Origin: Nanobdellota archaeon
Lineage (GTDB): Archaea; Nanobdellota; Nanobdellia; Woesearchaeales; JAHIVG01
DNA: 60,952 nt
Assembly: GCA_018816705.1 (NCBI GenBank)
Contig: JAHIVG010000103.1
Coordinates: 1 to 60,952, forward strand
Direction of reading: 5' to 3'
The position numbers and the translations under genes are program-made. This document shows positions 26,906 to 36,232 of this stretch, piece by piece. Within the stretch, counting starts at the first letter, position 1, and the number at the start of each line of letters is the position of its first letter. Below the pieces are notes generated by a model. It did not search any database. It saw only the letters and a list, made by a program, of their open reading frames with translations, and had not been told where the DNA came from.

Positions 26906-28147
26906 ATGGCAATCCAGGGCAAGAGTAAAACATTGGAATATGTCCACCGTGAACTTCCCCACATCCCAATCCCTGAATTCGAAAGGGTTACTGTTGACTT
27001 GAATTGGAGATGGGGATTAAAAGACATTTTTGGATTCCAAAAATCAAAATTAGCGAAAAAGGTTGGATACCCTCTTATTGTAAGATCAGATTCAAAACAT
27101 GAGGATGGTCTTGGAAGGAGCTTTGCAGGGATTTTCAATTCAGATGTCGTGAATTCACCTTCGGAACTTGAAAGAGCGATAAGGAAATGCAGGGATGAAT
27201 ATGACCAGGACACGGCTGCTACTTATTCAGAAGTAAGAAATATAAAGGCACCAACCGGCCCGATTGATCTAATGTTCATGCGTTATCAAAAACCTTCTGT
27301 TTTATGTGTCATAACACGACATCCTCATCAAGAAGATGCGCACTATGTTGATTTTGAAGTGAATATAGGGACACGTTTTCCGAATAGATATGGCTTCATT
27401 TTCTATGAAAATTCAGATATAATACGAACAATAGAACATTTTTTTACCAAGACCGGGGATAGCAGGTTAATTGAGTATGTTTACAGGAAAGGATTCTTCT
27501 TTCAGTTTGCCGAAGCTCTTGGTCATTATAAGGAGGTTGAAAGATTAAAAGAGTTTGATGATGACAAGGTCGCATACCAGATGGAATCAACCCTATTGCC
27601 GTATTCTTTCGTGCAGTGGAGGCCTTTCAGAAGGAAAGAGAAGGCCAATTTCAGAGTCGAGGATATTGCTCCCCCGGTTGATGGAGAGAGAGTCTTGCTG
27701 GCCCCAACTGTTTTCAGCATCACCTCTGAACAAGGCATCCAAGCCCTTCATTTCCCAAATGACTCGTATGGGCTCAGTAAGCCTGATCGCAAAACATATC
27801 ATTGGGAAAGAGAAATATCACAATTATGGGATGATGCAGAACCGCTCAGGCAAACGGGTATCCCAATTGCGTTCTCATTCTATGAAATCAGCAGGTATGG
27901 GAATCCTTTGGACAAAAAATCAGTGGTTCTGCCCGATGTGTCATTCTTCCATTATGATTTAACCCTGTATGATGACCAGAATAGGCCAATAACAACTTCT
28001 GCTTGGCAGGTACATGATGCCTTCAGATTCTTAGAAAGGGAAAGCCTCGTGGGCCTTGTCGGAGATGCACCGTTCGTAGAACATTATTGTCAATTCATCA
28101 AATATTGGAGCGACGGCATCAAAAGAGTAGTAGAGTTCATCAAGTGA
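26906..28147 (+). CDS. Orphan protein with a PEP/pyruvate-binding (PPDK_N-like) N-terminus
   Basis: PLIVRSDSKHEDG..SFAGIFNS motif; AT-richer than neighbours. Confidence 0.6.
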   Translation: MAIQGKSKTLEYVHRELPHIPIPEFERVTVDLNWRWGLKDIFGFQKSKLAKKVGYPLIVRSDSKHEDGLGRSFAGIFNSDVVNSPSELERAIRKCRDEYDQDTAATYSEVRNIKAPTGPIDLMFMRYQKPSVLCVITRHPHQEDAHYVDFEVNIGTRFPNRYGFIFYENSDIIRTIEHFFTKTGDSRLIEYVYRKGFFFQFAEALGHYKEVERLKEFDDDKVAYQMESTLLPYSFVQWRPFRRKEKANFRVEDIAPPVDGERVLLAPTVFSITSEQGIQALHFPNDSYGLSKPDRKTYHWEREISQLWDDAEPLRQTGIPIAFSFYEISRYGNPLDKKSVVLPDVSFFHYDLTLYDDQNRPITTSAWQVHDAFRFLERESLVGLVGDAPFVEHYCQFIKYWSDGIKRVVEFIK

Positions 28148-28199
28148 ATAATTAACTGTCACCGAAACCTTATTAAGACACCTGGCATGCTTAGGCACC

Positions 28200-28748
28200 A
28201 TGTTCATAAGGTTGAAGAAAATAAATGGTCAGCTCTATGCCTACAGGGTCAGGAACACGTGGACCAAGAAAGGGGCAAGGCAGAAGTCAGTCAAGTACCT
28301 TGGCAAGGCGCTTGAACTCGACAAGCCTGGAAAGCTTTCGTTCGAGGAATTCTTGAAGAAGTACCCGGCAGGCTTCATCGAGGAGGCAGAGCTCAAGCAG
28401 ATCATAGCAGCATTGGTATCATGGGAGCTGCAGCGCAGAGGCTTCAAGGCGAAGGAGGGATTTGTCAAAGGCGATGTGAACATCCAGCTCAACAAGCTCC
28501 AGCCTGAGATGAACGGCAAGCCCTTGATAATCAAGATGGGAGAAGGCTATCTCTGCGCCGAGACAATCAAGGCATTGCTGAGCTTCAGGCAGAAGGAAGA
28601 GGACCCTGAGACGGCAGGCATGAGGCTTGCAAACTCGTTCATCAGTGCGGGCATCCAGGTGCCGAAAGAAGTCTTCGTGAAAGTGTTCGAGAAGTGCTGC
28701 TACTTCGAGGAGCCAGAGGTAGAGACCTCATTGAAGAATTTTGAATAG
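28200..28748 (+). CDS. Conserved hypothetical protein
   Basis: MFIRLKKINGQLYAY..RQKSVKYLGK basic N-terminal motif; host codon usage. Confidence 0.75.
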   Translation: MFIRLKKINGQLYAYRVRNTWTKKGARQKSVKYLGKALELDKPGKLSFEEFLKKYPAGFIEEAELKQIIAALVSWELQRRGFKAKEGFVKGDVNIQLNKLQPEMNGKPLIIKMGEGYLCAETIKALLSFRQKEEDPETAGMRLANSFISAGIQVPKEVFVKVFEKCCYFEEPEVETSLKNFE

Positions 28749-29191
28749 ACAACCTCGTCCTTGTCAGGATAATAATGGCTCTTCAGCACAGCATCCTTCT
28801 TGGCCCCCATCTTCTCATAGAACCTATGAGCACGGACGTTGTCGTCATGTGTCATTATGAACAGCTTCCTCACCCTGAAACCCTGGCTTTTGAAGAAGGC
28901 TGCAGCTTCCTCCTCCATGGCCTTGAAGAGCTTATTTGCCACACCCTTACCCCTCGCATCCTGGATGATGCCGATATGATACAGCTCGTACAGGCCGTGA
29001 CTCGGACGGCCGTGCATCACCCAGCTGATCAACCCAAGACACATCCCAACCTCAACAGCGATGATGTAGTGATGGTGCTGCTCAAGCTCTTTCAGGAAGG
29101 TCTTCTCGGCCTCGGTCTTCATGTTGAAGCATTCGACCATCAGGGGCACCACTAATCCCGAGTCGTCTTTGGTCGCGTCCCTTATCTCCAT
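28700..29191 (-). CDS. GNAT acetyltransferase
   Basis: IRDAT, ARGKGVA, NVRAHRFYEKMG. Confidence 0.9.
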   Translation of the reverse strand: MEIRDATKDDSGLVVPLMVECFNMKTEAEKTFLKELEQHHHYIIAVEVGMCLGLISWVMHGRPSHGLYELYHIGIIQDARGKGVANKLFKAMEEEAAAFFKSQGFRVRKLFIMTHDDNVRAHRFYEKMGAKKDAVLKSHYYPDKDEVVYSKFFNEVSTSGSSK

Positions 29192-31006
29192 TCATTCCAC
29201 CGTCACAGATTTTGCCAGGTTGCGGGGCTTATCGATATCGCAGCCGCGCAGGTCAGCGATATGGTAAGCGAGCAGCTGAAGCGGGATCACCGTGAGGAAC
29301 GGCGAGACGAGCTCGTGCACCTTGGGGATGGTTATCTTGTGGGCTACAAGCCTGTCCAGTGCAGGGTCTTCCTGGGATACGACCGCGATTATCTTGCCGC
29401 CCCTGGCCTTGACCTCTTCCATGTTGCTGAGGATCTTCTCATAGGCACCGCTCTTGGGCGCGACGAAGACCACGGGCATCTTCTCATCTATGAGTGCTAT
29501 GGGACCATGCTTCATCTCTGCTGCCGGGTAGCCCTCGGCGTGCATGTAGGATATCTCCTTCAGCTTGAGAGCACCCTCTAATGCCACTGGATAGTTCAGA
29601 CCACGACCCAAATATAGGAAGTTGTTGCCCTCGAAATAAGACTCAGCAATCTTCCTTATCTCCTTACTCTTCTTCAGTATCTCTGCCATGTGTTTAGGCA
29701 CCAGGTTGATATGGTGCTGAAGCTCCCTCGCCTTAGCAGGGGTTATCTGCCCTCTCTCGAGGGCAACCAGGATTATGAAGAGGTACATTGCGGCGAGCTG
29801 GGATGTGAAGGCCTTGGTGCTCGCAACCCCTATCTCAGGGCCTGCATGCAGATATATACCCCCTCCTGTCTCCCTTGCTATGGAGCTGCCGACGACGTTG
29901 ATGATGCCGAGGGTCTTGGCCCCTTTCTTCTTGGCCTCTCTGAGGGCGGCCAAGGTGTCTGCTGTCTCGCCAGACTGGCTCACGACGATTACGAGGTCAT
30001 TCTCATCCACGATGGGGTTGCGGTAGCGGAACTCGGAAGCATACTCCACCTCTGTGGGAATACATGCTATCTCTTCGAAGAGGTACTCTGCGATGAGGGC
30101 CGCGTGCCAGGACGTGCCGCAGGCCGTGATTATCACCCTGCGCATCTTCTTGAGGAAGCCCTTACCCAAATAATCCAGGCCTCCGAAGTGAGGGCCCTCG
30201 TCGGTGATCCTGCCCCTGAGGGTGTTCTCCATGCTTTCGGGCTGCCCCATTATCTCTTTCAGCATGAAATGCCTAAAGCCACCCTTCTCTATCTCCTCGA
30301 TGCTCCAGGTTATCCTGTCCTCCTTCTTGTTCAGCTTCTTCTTGTCCTGGGTCATGACGCTGTAGCCGTCCCTTGTTATGAAGGCCATGTCCCCGTCGTC
30401 CAGGTAGACGACTTTCTTGGTGTAAGGCACGATGGGTGAGGCATCGCTGGCGATGAAGAACTCATGGTCGCCCAGGCCAATCATCAGTGGGGAACCGTTC
30501 CTGGCTGCAAGCAGCCTGTCTTCGTCCTTGTGCATGACCAGCAGGCCGTAAGTGCCCCTTACCTGGGCGAGGGCCCGCCTTGTGGCCTCTGCGAGGTCCC
30601 CGTGGTAATAGTGGCAGACAAGGTTGGCAATGACCTCTGAATCCGTATCAGAGCTAAAGGAGTAACCCTTCTTGATAAGTTTGGCCTTGAGCTTTGCATA
30701 GTTCTCGACGATGCCGTTATGGACGATGGCGATGTTACCGAAACAGCTTATGTGGGGGTGGGCATTCTTCTGCGTTACCTCTCCGTGCGTGGCCCACCTC
30801 GTGTGGCCGATGCCTACGGTGCCTTTGCCGAGCTTGAAATCCTTGACCTCCCCTATCTGGCCCACGTGCTTCGACAACAGCAATCCTTTGTCGCTCCTGA
30901 TGGTGACGCCCCAGGAATCATAACCGCGGTATTCGAGCTGCTTCAGGCCGTTGATGATTATACTGTCCGCGTCCTTGGTCCCGATGTAGCCGAATATTCC
31001 GCACAT
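29192..31006 (-). CDS. glmS: Glutamine--fructose-6-phosphate aminotransferase
   Basis: MCGIFG, LEYRGYDS, GHTRWATHG, SQSGETADT, PRNLAKSVTVE. Confidence 0.98.
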   Translation of the reverse strand: MCGIFGYIGTKDADSIIINGLKQLEYRGYDSWGVTIRSDKGLLLSKHVGQIGEVKDFKLGKGTVGIGHTRWATHGEVTQKNAHPHISCFGNIAIVHNGIVENYAKLKAKLIKKGYSFSSDTDSEVIANLVCHYYHGDLAEATRRALAQVRGTYGLLVMHKDEDRLLAARNGSPLMIGLGDHEFFIASDASPIVPYTKKVVYLDDGDMAFITRDGYSVMTQDKKKLNKKEDRITWSIEEIEKGGFRHFMLKEIMGQPESMENTLRGRITDEGPHFGGLDYLGKGFLKKMRRVIITACGTSWHAALIAEYLFEEIACIPTEVEYASEFRYRNPIVDENDLVIVVSQSGETADTLAALREAKKKGAKTLGIINVVGSSIARETGGGIYLHAGPEIGVASTKAFTSQLAAMYLFIILVALERGQITPAKARELQHHINLVPKHMAEILKKSKEIRKIAESYFEGNNFLYLGRGLNYPVALEGALKLKEISYMHAEGYPAAEMKHGPIALIDEKMPVVFVAPKSGAYEKILSNMEEVKARGGKIIAVVSQEDPALDRLVAHKITIPKVHELVSPFLTVIPLQLLAYHIADLRGCDIDKPRNLAKSVTVE

Positions 31007-31007
31007 G

Positions 31008-31691
31008 TTATCGCCCTAGGAAGGCCTCGATCTCAGGGATGTCTGAGGGCTGGCCGAGGTCGAGCCAGTAGTCGTGCAAAACCTTGATCTTGACCTTATT
31101 CTTGGCTGCAAGGGCTGTCAATGCGTCTGTGAGCTCGAGCTCGCCACGGGGAGAAGGCTTAAGCCCCTTGAGGGCAGGGAATATCTCCTTGGTGAGCTTG
31201 TACAGCCCAGTATTGATCAGGTTTGAAGGAGGGTGCTTGGGTTTCTCCAATATCTTCAACAGCCGCTCGCCATCAACCTGCAGCACGCCGTACTTTCCCG
31301 GATTGTCCACCTCCTTGGCTGCCATATACATGAATCTGTCGTCGATAAGCATCAGCCTCATGTCATCCGGGGACCACAGGTTGTCAGCTCCCACGACGAT
31401 GAAACCGCCCTTGACATGCTTCTCTGCCAGCAAGACAGCCTCTGCTGTGCCGCCTGGCTTGTCCTGTTCTATGAACTCGGCGTCAATGCTTTCCTCTGCG
31501 AAGAAATCTTTGATCTGTTCGCCCAGGTGTCCTATGACGACGACAAAGGATGTTATGCCGGCCTCCTGGAGGTTGCTGACCAAGTAAGAAAGGAAGGGCC
31601 TGCCCCCTATAGGGATGAGGCATTTCGGAACCTTGTCTGTGAGAGGACGCATCCTCACACCACTGCCGGCTGCGAGTATAACTGCTTTCAT
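31008..31691 (-). CDS. Sugar-phosphate nucleotidyltransferase
   Basis: AVILAAGSGVRMRPLT..PK, SPRGELELTDA, WLDLG. Confidence 0.92.
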   Translation of the reverse strand: MKAVILAAGSGVRMRPLTDKVPKCLIPIGGRPFLSYLVSNLQEAGITSFVVVIGHLGEQIKDFFAEESIDAEFIEQDKPGGTAEAVLLAEKHVKGGFIVVGADNLWSPDDMRLMLIDDRFMYMAAKEVDNPGKYGVLQVDGERLLKILEKPKHPPSNLINTGLYKLTKEIFPALKGLKPSPRGELELTDALTALAAKNKVKIKVLHDYWLDLGQPSDIPEIEAFLGR

Positions 31692-31863
31692 AGCTCAGCG
31701 GGATAACTCAGGGGGTTTATTAATTTTATTAAAAACTGATTCATAATTGACCATACATCGACGGGAAAATAAAGGGGTTGTTTTATAGAAAATGATAATA
31801 ATATTATGAATTGATTCATAATATTCGAAAGATTTTTATAATCCGATCACTCTCACTTTTCGC

Positions 31864-31992
31864 ATGAACGCGAGGGATTTCGTCTACGTCGACCCTAAAG
31901 ACAAGTGGAACTGGATTCTCGGCGCACTCGCAATATTCCTGCTCTGGTGGGGGCTGAAGACCATATTAAGAAGTCTCACTTTAGCATCATGA
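31864..31992 (+). CDS. Small membrane protein (42 aa) missing from the ORF track
   Basis: MNARDFVYVDPKDKWNWILGALAIFLLWWGLKTILRSLTLAS; TATA at about 31832; ATGA overlap with the next gene. Confidence 0.65.
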   Translation: MNARDFVYVDPKDKWNWILGALAIFLLWWGLKTILRSLTLAS

Positions 31993-32912
31993 AGAACGAT
32001 CACTACGTACTGCGAAGGGGAAACAAGCTCGAATACTGTGAAGCTGGACTGATCACCCCTGAGAACGCCCTCCTGCTAAGCCATCCTATAAGGCTGCAGA
32101 TACTCAGGCTGCTGGCCAAGAGGGAGATGTACCCTGCAGAGATAGCGTCGACGATCGGCGTGCACGAGCAGAAGGTATACTACCACATAAGGCAGCTTAT
32201 GAATGCAGGAATGCTCACTATCTACGAACGCAGCGAGATAAGGGGGACTGTGGCCAAGAGATACAAGGCTACAAGCCTCAACTTCTGCCTCAGCCTGGGA
32301 GGGGAATGGCAGAACGCCAGGAAGCTGCTATCGACCAAGAAAGAGAAGCTAAGCTATCTCTCACCCTTCATAGAGGGGACTGAGTTCAACTCGACATTCG
32401 TCGTCGGCAGCCCGGACCCGCACGGCCCGCACAAAGCAAGGGCGAGGGACTCCCACTATGCTGTTGAACTGGCCTTGTTCCTAGGCAACTACTGCTCTAC
32501 CAAGTCTCACTTTTCCACTATGCTGGACGTCGACATGAACATGAAGACTGATCCAGGCAATCTCATACTCGTCGGGGGGCCTGTCACGAACCTGCTCGTC
32601 GACTCGGTGAACAAGGCCTTGCCAGTGAGATTCAGCAAGAAGAAGCCTTGGGAACTGGTGTCCTCCACCACAGGGAAGAAGTACACCGAGGAGACCACAG
32701 GCATAGTGGCCAGGATACCTAATCCAGGATCAGACAGCCTCCTGCTCGTATTGGCAGGCATAAGGGCAGCAGGCACGAAATCAGCTGTCCTTGCAGTGAC
32801 GACCAACAAGGCGTTCAAGGACTTCAAGGGTGAGGAAAGCTATTGCAGGGTCGTGAACGGATTCGACCTGGACGGCGACGGGAGGGTGGACAATGTCGAG
32901 ATACTCGAATAG
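31989..32912 (+). CDS. ArsR-type HTH regulator with a C-terminal alpha/beta (S-layer-like) domain
   Basis: HPIRLQILRLL..YPAEIA..EQKVYYHIRQL; VVGSPDPHG, NLILVGGPVTN, GFDLDGDG. Confidence 0.85.
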   Translation: MKNDHYVLRRGNKLEYCEAGLITPENALLLSHPIRLQILRLLAKREMYPAEIASTIGVHEQKVYYHIRQLMNAGMLTIYERSEIRGTVAKRYKATSLNFCLSLGGEWQNARKLLSTKKEKLSYLSPFIEGTEFNSTFVVGSPDPHGPHKARARDSHYAVELALFLGNYCSTKSHFSTMLDVDMNMKTDPGNLILVGGPVTNLLVDSVNKALPVRFSKKKPWELVSSTTGKKYTEETTGIVARIPNPGSDSLLLVLAGIRAAGTKSAVLAVTTNKAFKDFKGEESYCRVVNGFDLDGDGRVDNVEILE

Positions 32913-33011
32913 GTCTCACTTTTTACGAATACCGATCAGGATTCCAACTAGTAACTTTCATTCAGCCCATATAAGGGCGATTTTCGACTTAATAGGGGAA
33001 GAGGTGGAATA

Positions 33012-33671
33012 ATGCTCTGGATCTTCAGAAAAAGCCGATTTGAGGCCCTATCGAGGCGTATAGACACTGCCTTAGGGGGTATGGAGAAGGACATCTACAG
33101 CCTCCAGGACTGGATAAGGCACCTCCATGACCGGGACGAGGGGCTTAAGAAGTCCCACCAGGAGCATATAGTCCTCACCAAGAGGGACATCACCCACCTC
33201 AACTCCTGGATAAAGTACCTCTACAAGCATATGTCGACGCTGCACGGCAGCATGAAGCAGCTCGGCGAAGGCCTGGAAGACATCAGGAAGACCAATGAAG
33301 AGATGTCTAAGAAGCTTAAGGAGATCGAGTCTAACTCTCACTTTTTACCTGTACAACCTAGGGCTCAGCTCAAGGCCCAGCCTATGGCTCATAAGCCTGG
33401 ATCCGGGCCTGTCTTAGCTGATCTCACCCTCCATGATGTCGGTGAGCTCTCACCTTCGGAGAAGGCGCTCATCATGGTGCTGTACACAGAACCAATACCA
33501 TCAAGCTATCATTCCATCGCCTCGAAATTGGGTTTGAATTACACAACTGTCAAGAACCTCATGTATAAGGCCAAGAAGAAGGGCTTTGTCATCAAGAGCC
33601 GGCTGAATGAGGATGGGGAAAAGGAATTCTACCTTGACAAGGCCATGCGGATCAAGGTATCCGGAAGATAA
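33012..33671 (+). CDS. Coiled-coil plus C-terminal winged-HTH DNA-binding protein
   Basis: Heptad N-terminal half; LSPSEKALIMVL..SYHSIASKLGLNYTTVKNLMYKAKKKG..EKEFYL; GAGGTGG site. Confidence 0.8.
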   Translation: MLWIFRKSRFEALSRRIDTALGGMEKDIYSLQDWIRHLHDRDEGLKKSHQEHIVLTKRDITHLNSWIKYLYKHMSTLHGSMKQLGEGLEDIRKTNEEMSKKLKEIESNSHFLPVQPRAQLKAQPMAHKPGSGPVLADLTLHDVGELSPSEKALIMVLYTEPIPSSYHSIASKLGLNYTTVKNLMYKAKKKGFVIKSRLNEDGEKEFYLDKAMRIKVSGR

Positions 33672-33690
33672 ACGGGGGATAAATAGGGGT

Positions 33691-33967
33691 GTGACACGTG
33701 TCACGGGTGTGTCACACTAGTGACATAGACGACAAACTGGTTATTGAGTGACACATCACTTGTGACGTGTCACTGTGTCACTTACCTGGTGTCACATGTG
33801 TGACACATCGATGACATCGACGGTAAACAAGCTCGACTTAACAAGCAGAAGATATGTGGATCCGGGCTTGTTCGTGGGATTTCCGGAAGTGACACACGTG
33901 TGTCACACTAGTGACATAGACGACAAACTGGGAAAACGGTGACACACGTCACGGGTGGAGTGACACA
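33691..33967. repeat. Array of about 16 GTGAC(AC)/(GT)GTCAC units with a 34-bp exact direct repeat
   Basis: GTGTGTCACACTAGTGACATAGACGACAAACTGG at 33707-33740 and 33898-33931; palindrome GTGACACGTGTCAC at 33691. Confidence 0.92.
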
Positions 33968-34470
33968 GAGTTTTCGAGAATTTTCTTGAGAATCTGCCTG
34001 GCGATCGCTCGCGAGGGGGTCTTGGAGGAGTCGGCTGTGAGGACCTTGAAGCCTGATTCCTCTGCTTCGTTCCCGCAGATATCAAGGTTCTCACATTCCA
34101 GGTTCTCCTTGATCTTCTCAGCAGAGTATTTCCTCTCCTCGAGGCGCCTCTTGAGGATGGCTGGAGAGCAGTGCAGGACTATACAGAAGTCGAACAGTGA
34201 GGGATCCATCACCTGGCTGAGGTGACCCTCGACGATGACTGACTTATCATCTTCCCTGGCCTTCTTCAGGATAGGGCCTAAACGCTCATTAAGGCTCTTA
34301 GAATCGACTATCTGACAGTCCCTCTGTTCATCATATCCCTCTGAGAGATCATGCTCCTTTATGAAGGCTGTAAGCCCTATCAGATGGCATCCTAGTAAAA
34401 GTGAGAGTTCCTTAGCTAATTCACTCTTGCCGGTGCCCGGCGTACCTGTGATGGCCAATATGAATCGCAT
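33949..34470 (-). CDS. Adenylate kinase, AK6/Fap7 type
   Basis: ITGTPGTGKS, VIVEGHLS, RRLEERKYSAEKIKEN; start set at MRFIL (34470). Confidence 0.9.
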   Translation of the reverse strand: MRFILAITGTPGTGKSELAKELSLLLGCHLIGLTAFIKEHDLSEGYDEQRDCQIVDSKSLNERLGPILKKAREDDKSVIVEGHLSQVMDPSLFDFCIVLHCSPAILKRRLEERKYSAEKIKENLECENLDICGNEAEESGFKVLTADSSKTPSRAIARQILKKILENSVSLHP

Positions 34471-34501
34471 GAGCCGATGCGGTGAAGTGACATTTATAAA
34501 A

Positions 34502-35116
34502 CTATGCTCGGCGCCTGACAAGCCAGGTGGCCAGCAAAGCCACTATGACCACTGCTCCACCGACGAGAAACCATATGACCGGCTCGGGGACGAGGGCTGA
34601 TCTGACTGTCTCCACAGCCTCGGGAATAGGGGCAGCTGCTAGGTCTGGAACGGCCTCTGCCATAGGCTGGGCAGCCTCTTTAGCCATGTCTGCAGACCCG
34701 GCCAGCGTCTTGAACACCGCAGGCCTCTTGAAGAATGCCAGGATGCCTGCTCCGACGACCAGTGCGGCGATGGACGGGAGGATGTGCCTTATCTTGACAG
34801 AGACACCTTCCTTGGTGTCAGGGGTGATGACTATGAACTTGTTGGCGAGGGTGTAATGGTTGACCTCCTTGCCCTTCTTGCTGTAGTGGAACTCCTCGAC
34901 GTTGACGAGCTTTGCAGCGAGGAGCTGCTGGAGGTTGTAATGCACAGTGGATAGGGGTATGTCCAGCTCCTTGGCGATCCCGGTCTCGGTAGCGTCCTTC
35001 TCAGCGAGGTGATCCAGTATCTTCCTGCATGTCTCGCTCGAGATGACGTTCGCAAGCTTCTTCGCCTTGTCCTCCTTCATCGAGACCAGCACAAAGGTCT
35101 CATTCTTCTTCTTCAT
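34502..35116 (-). CDS. ArsR-type HTH regulator with two C-terminal TM helices
   Basis: TCRKILDHL..TETGIAKELDIPLSTVHYNLQQL; two hydrophobic segments. Confidence 0.85.
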   Translation of the reverse strand: MKKKNETFVLVSMKEDKAKKLANVISSETCRKILDHLAEKDATETGIAKELDIPLSTVHYNLQQLLAAKLVNVEEFHYSKKGKEVNHYTLANKFIVITPDTKEGVSVKIRHILPSIAALVVGAGILAFFKRPAVFKTLAGSADMAKEAAQPMAEAVPDLAAAPIPEAVETVRSALVPEPVIWFLVGGAVVIVALLATWLVRRRA

Positions 35117-35206
35117 GGGAAGTGTATGGTATCTTGCTTATTTAAAGGTTGTCAAGGGTTCAAAGCGGGTTGAAGCGATAGCTATATAAGTGCAGGATGG
35201 CTTCTG

Positions 35207-35614
35207 GTGCGCATGGCAGTCATAACCGTTTCCACATCGAAGAGATACGAGCTGGTCGACGTGACTGAGGATGTGAGGGTTATAGTCAAGGAATCAGGTG
35301 TCAAAGAAGGGCTGTGCAATGTCTATGCTCCCCATGCCACTGCTGCCATCACGATCAACGAGAACGCGGACCCGAACATACGGGATGACATATCAGATGC
35401 CTTAAGCCAGCTCATCAAGGAGGGCTGCTGGAGGCATGACAGGATCGACAACAACGCGGCCTCGCACATAAAGGCGGCCATAGTCGGGGCCAGCGAGACC
35501 ATACCTATCGTCAACGGAGAGCTGGCCATGGGCACATGGCAGGACATATTCATCTGCGACTTCGACGGGCCAAGGACGAGAAAAGTTATCGTCACAGTGC
35601 TGCCCAAAAGCTGA
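35207..35614 (+). CDS. YjbQ/UPF0047 family protein
   Basis: PHATAAITINENADP, NAASHIK, GTWQDIFICDFDGPR. Confidence 0.93.
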   Translation: MRMAVITVSTSKRYELVDVTEDVRVIVKESGVKEGLCNVYAPHATAAITINENADPNIRDDISDALSQLIKEGCWRHDRIDNNAASHIKAAIVGASETIPIVNGELAMGTWQDIFICDFDGPRTRKVIVTVLPKS

Positions 35615-35647
35615 AATAGAACTAACCGCATGGTGCCTAAAAATTAT

Positions 35648-35725
35648 GGACAGAGCGCGATGACTGAGTGAACACCCACTGAGCCTTACGGCGATGATGA
35701 TCGGAAGTAACTTATGAGCGCGTCC
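35648..35725 (+). ncRNA. Candidate C/D-box guide sRNA
   Basis: CGATGA (C), 15 nt, CTGA (D'), GCC-TTAC-GGC hairpin, GATGATGA (C'), guide, ATGA (variant D); closed by GGAC..GCGC/GCGC..GTCC. Confidence 0.7.
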
Positions 35726-35746
35726 AATATATTGAAAGAGGTCAGG

Positions 35747-36179
35747 TCACTTCTTCGGCTTGCGTGGCTTCTTGAAGAACATCTCATTATCCATGAGAAG
35801 AAGCAGGGTGACTGCGACTGTGACTAAGAGCGAAGCGAAGTAATGCCCCAGCCCGACTGAGATGCCTATCAGGCAGACTGCCCATATGGAAGCTGCGGTG
35901 GTGAGGCCCATCACTTTCTTCTTGGCGTGGAGTATCGTCCCGGCGCCGAGGAATCCTATGCCAGTGATAAGGCCTTGAGCAATGCGAGCAGCGGGGTCAG
36001 AGCCCTCGAAATGGGTTATCGCCACAATCATGGCCAGGGCAGAGCCCAGGCCAGACCAGGATGTGTGTGCGTAGGCCAGCAGCCATGTTCGCCCTCTCGC
36101 GCTCAAAACCAATCAACCCGCCGAAGAGAATGGCCACACCCAGGCGGAGAAGGGCTTCGTTCAACGCTATCTGCTCCAT
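35747..36179 (-). pseudogene. MgtC/SapB family gene interrupted by a 1-nt frameshift
   Basis: LIGFERE..AGLRTHILV in one frame and GLGSALA..RIAQGLITGIGFLGAG..GLTTAASIW in another; switch near 36050. Confidence 0.8.
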
Positions 36180-36232
36180 AAAAATCCCAGAACACTTCAC
36201 ATTTATAAAATTATGTTATCATCAGGCGGGAA

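Larger units (their letters stand above)
31851..34406. repeat. Dispersed TCTCACTTTT motif: five copies on + (31851, 31974 partial, 32505, 32914, 33336) and one on - (34397-34406)
   Basis: Read directly from the sequence; copies lie in both intergenic and coding DNA. Confidence 0.7.

Noticed and set aside
29261-31087. Long antisense ORFs over glmS (also over metK, pan, radA and others)
   Set aside because: Shadow frames produced by GC-rich third codon positions of well-supported genes.
33691-33967. CRISPR array
   Set aside because: Short units in both orientations with irregular spacing, only two long repeats, and no cas genes in the window.
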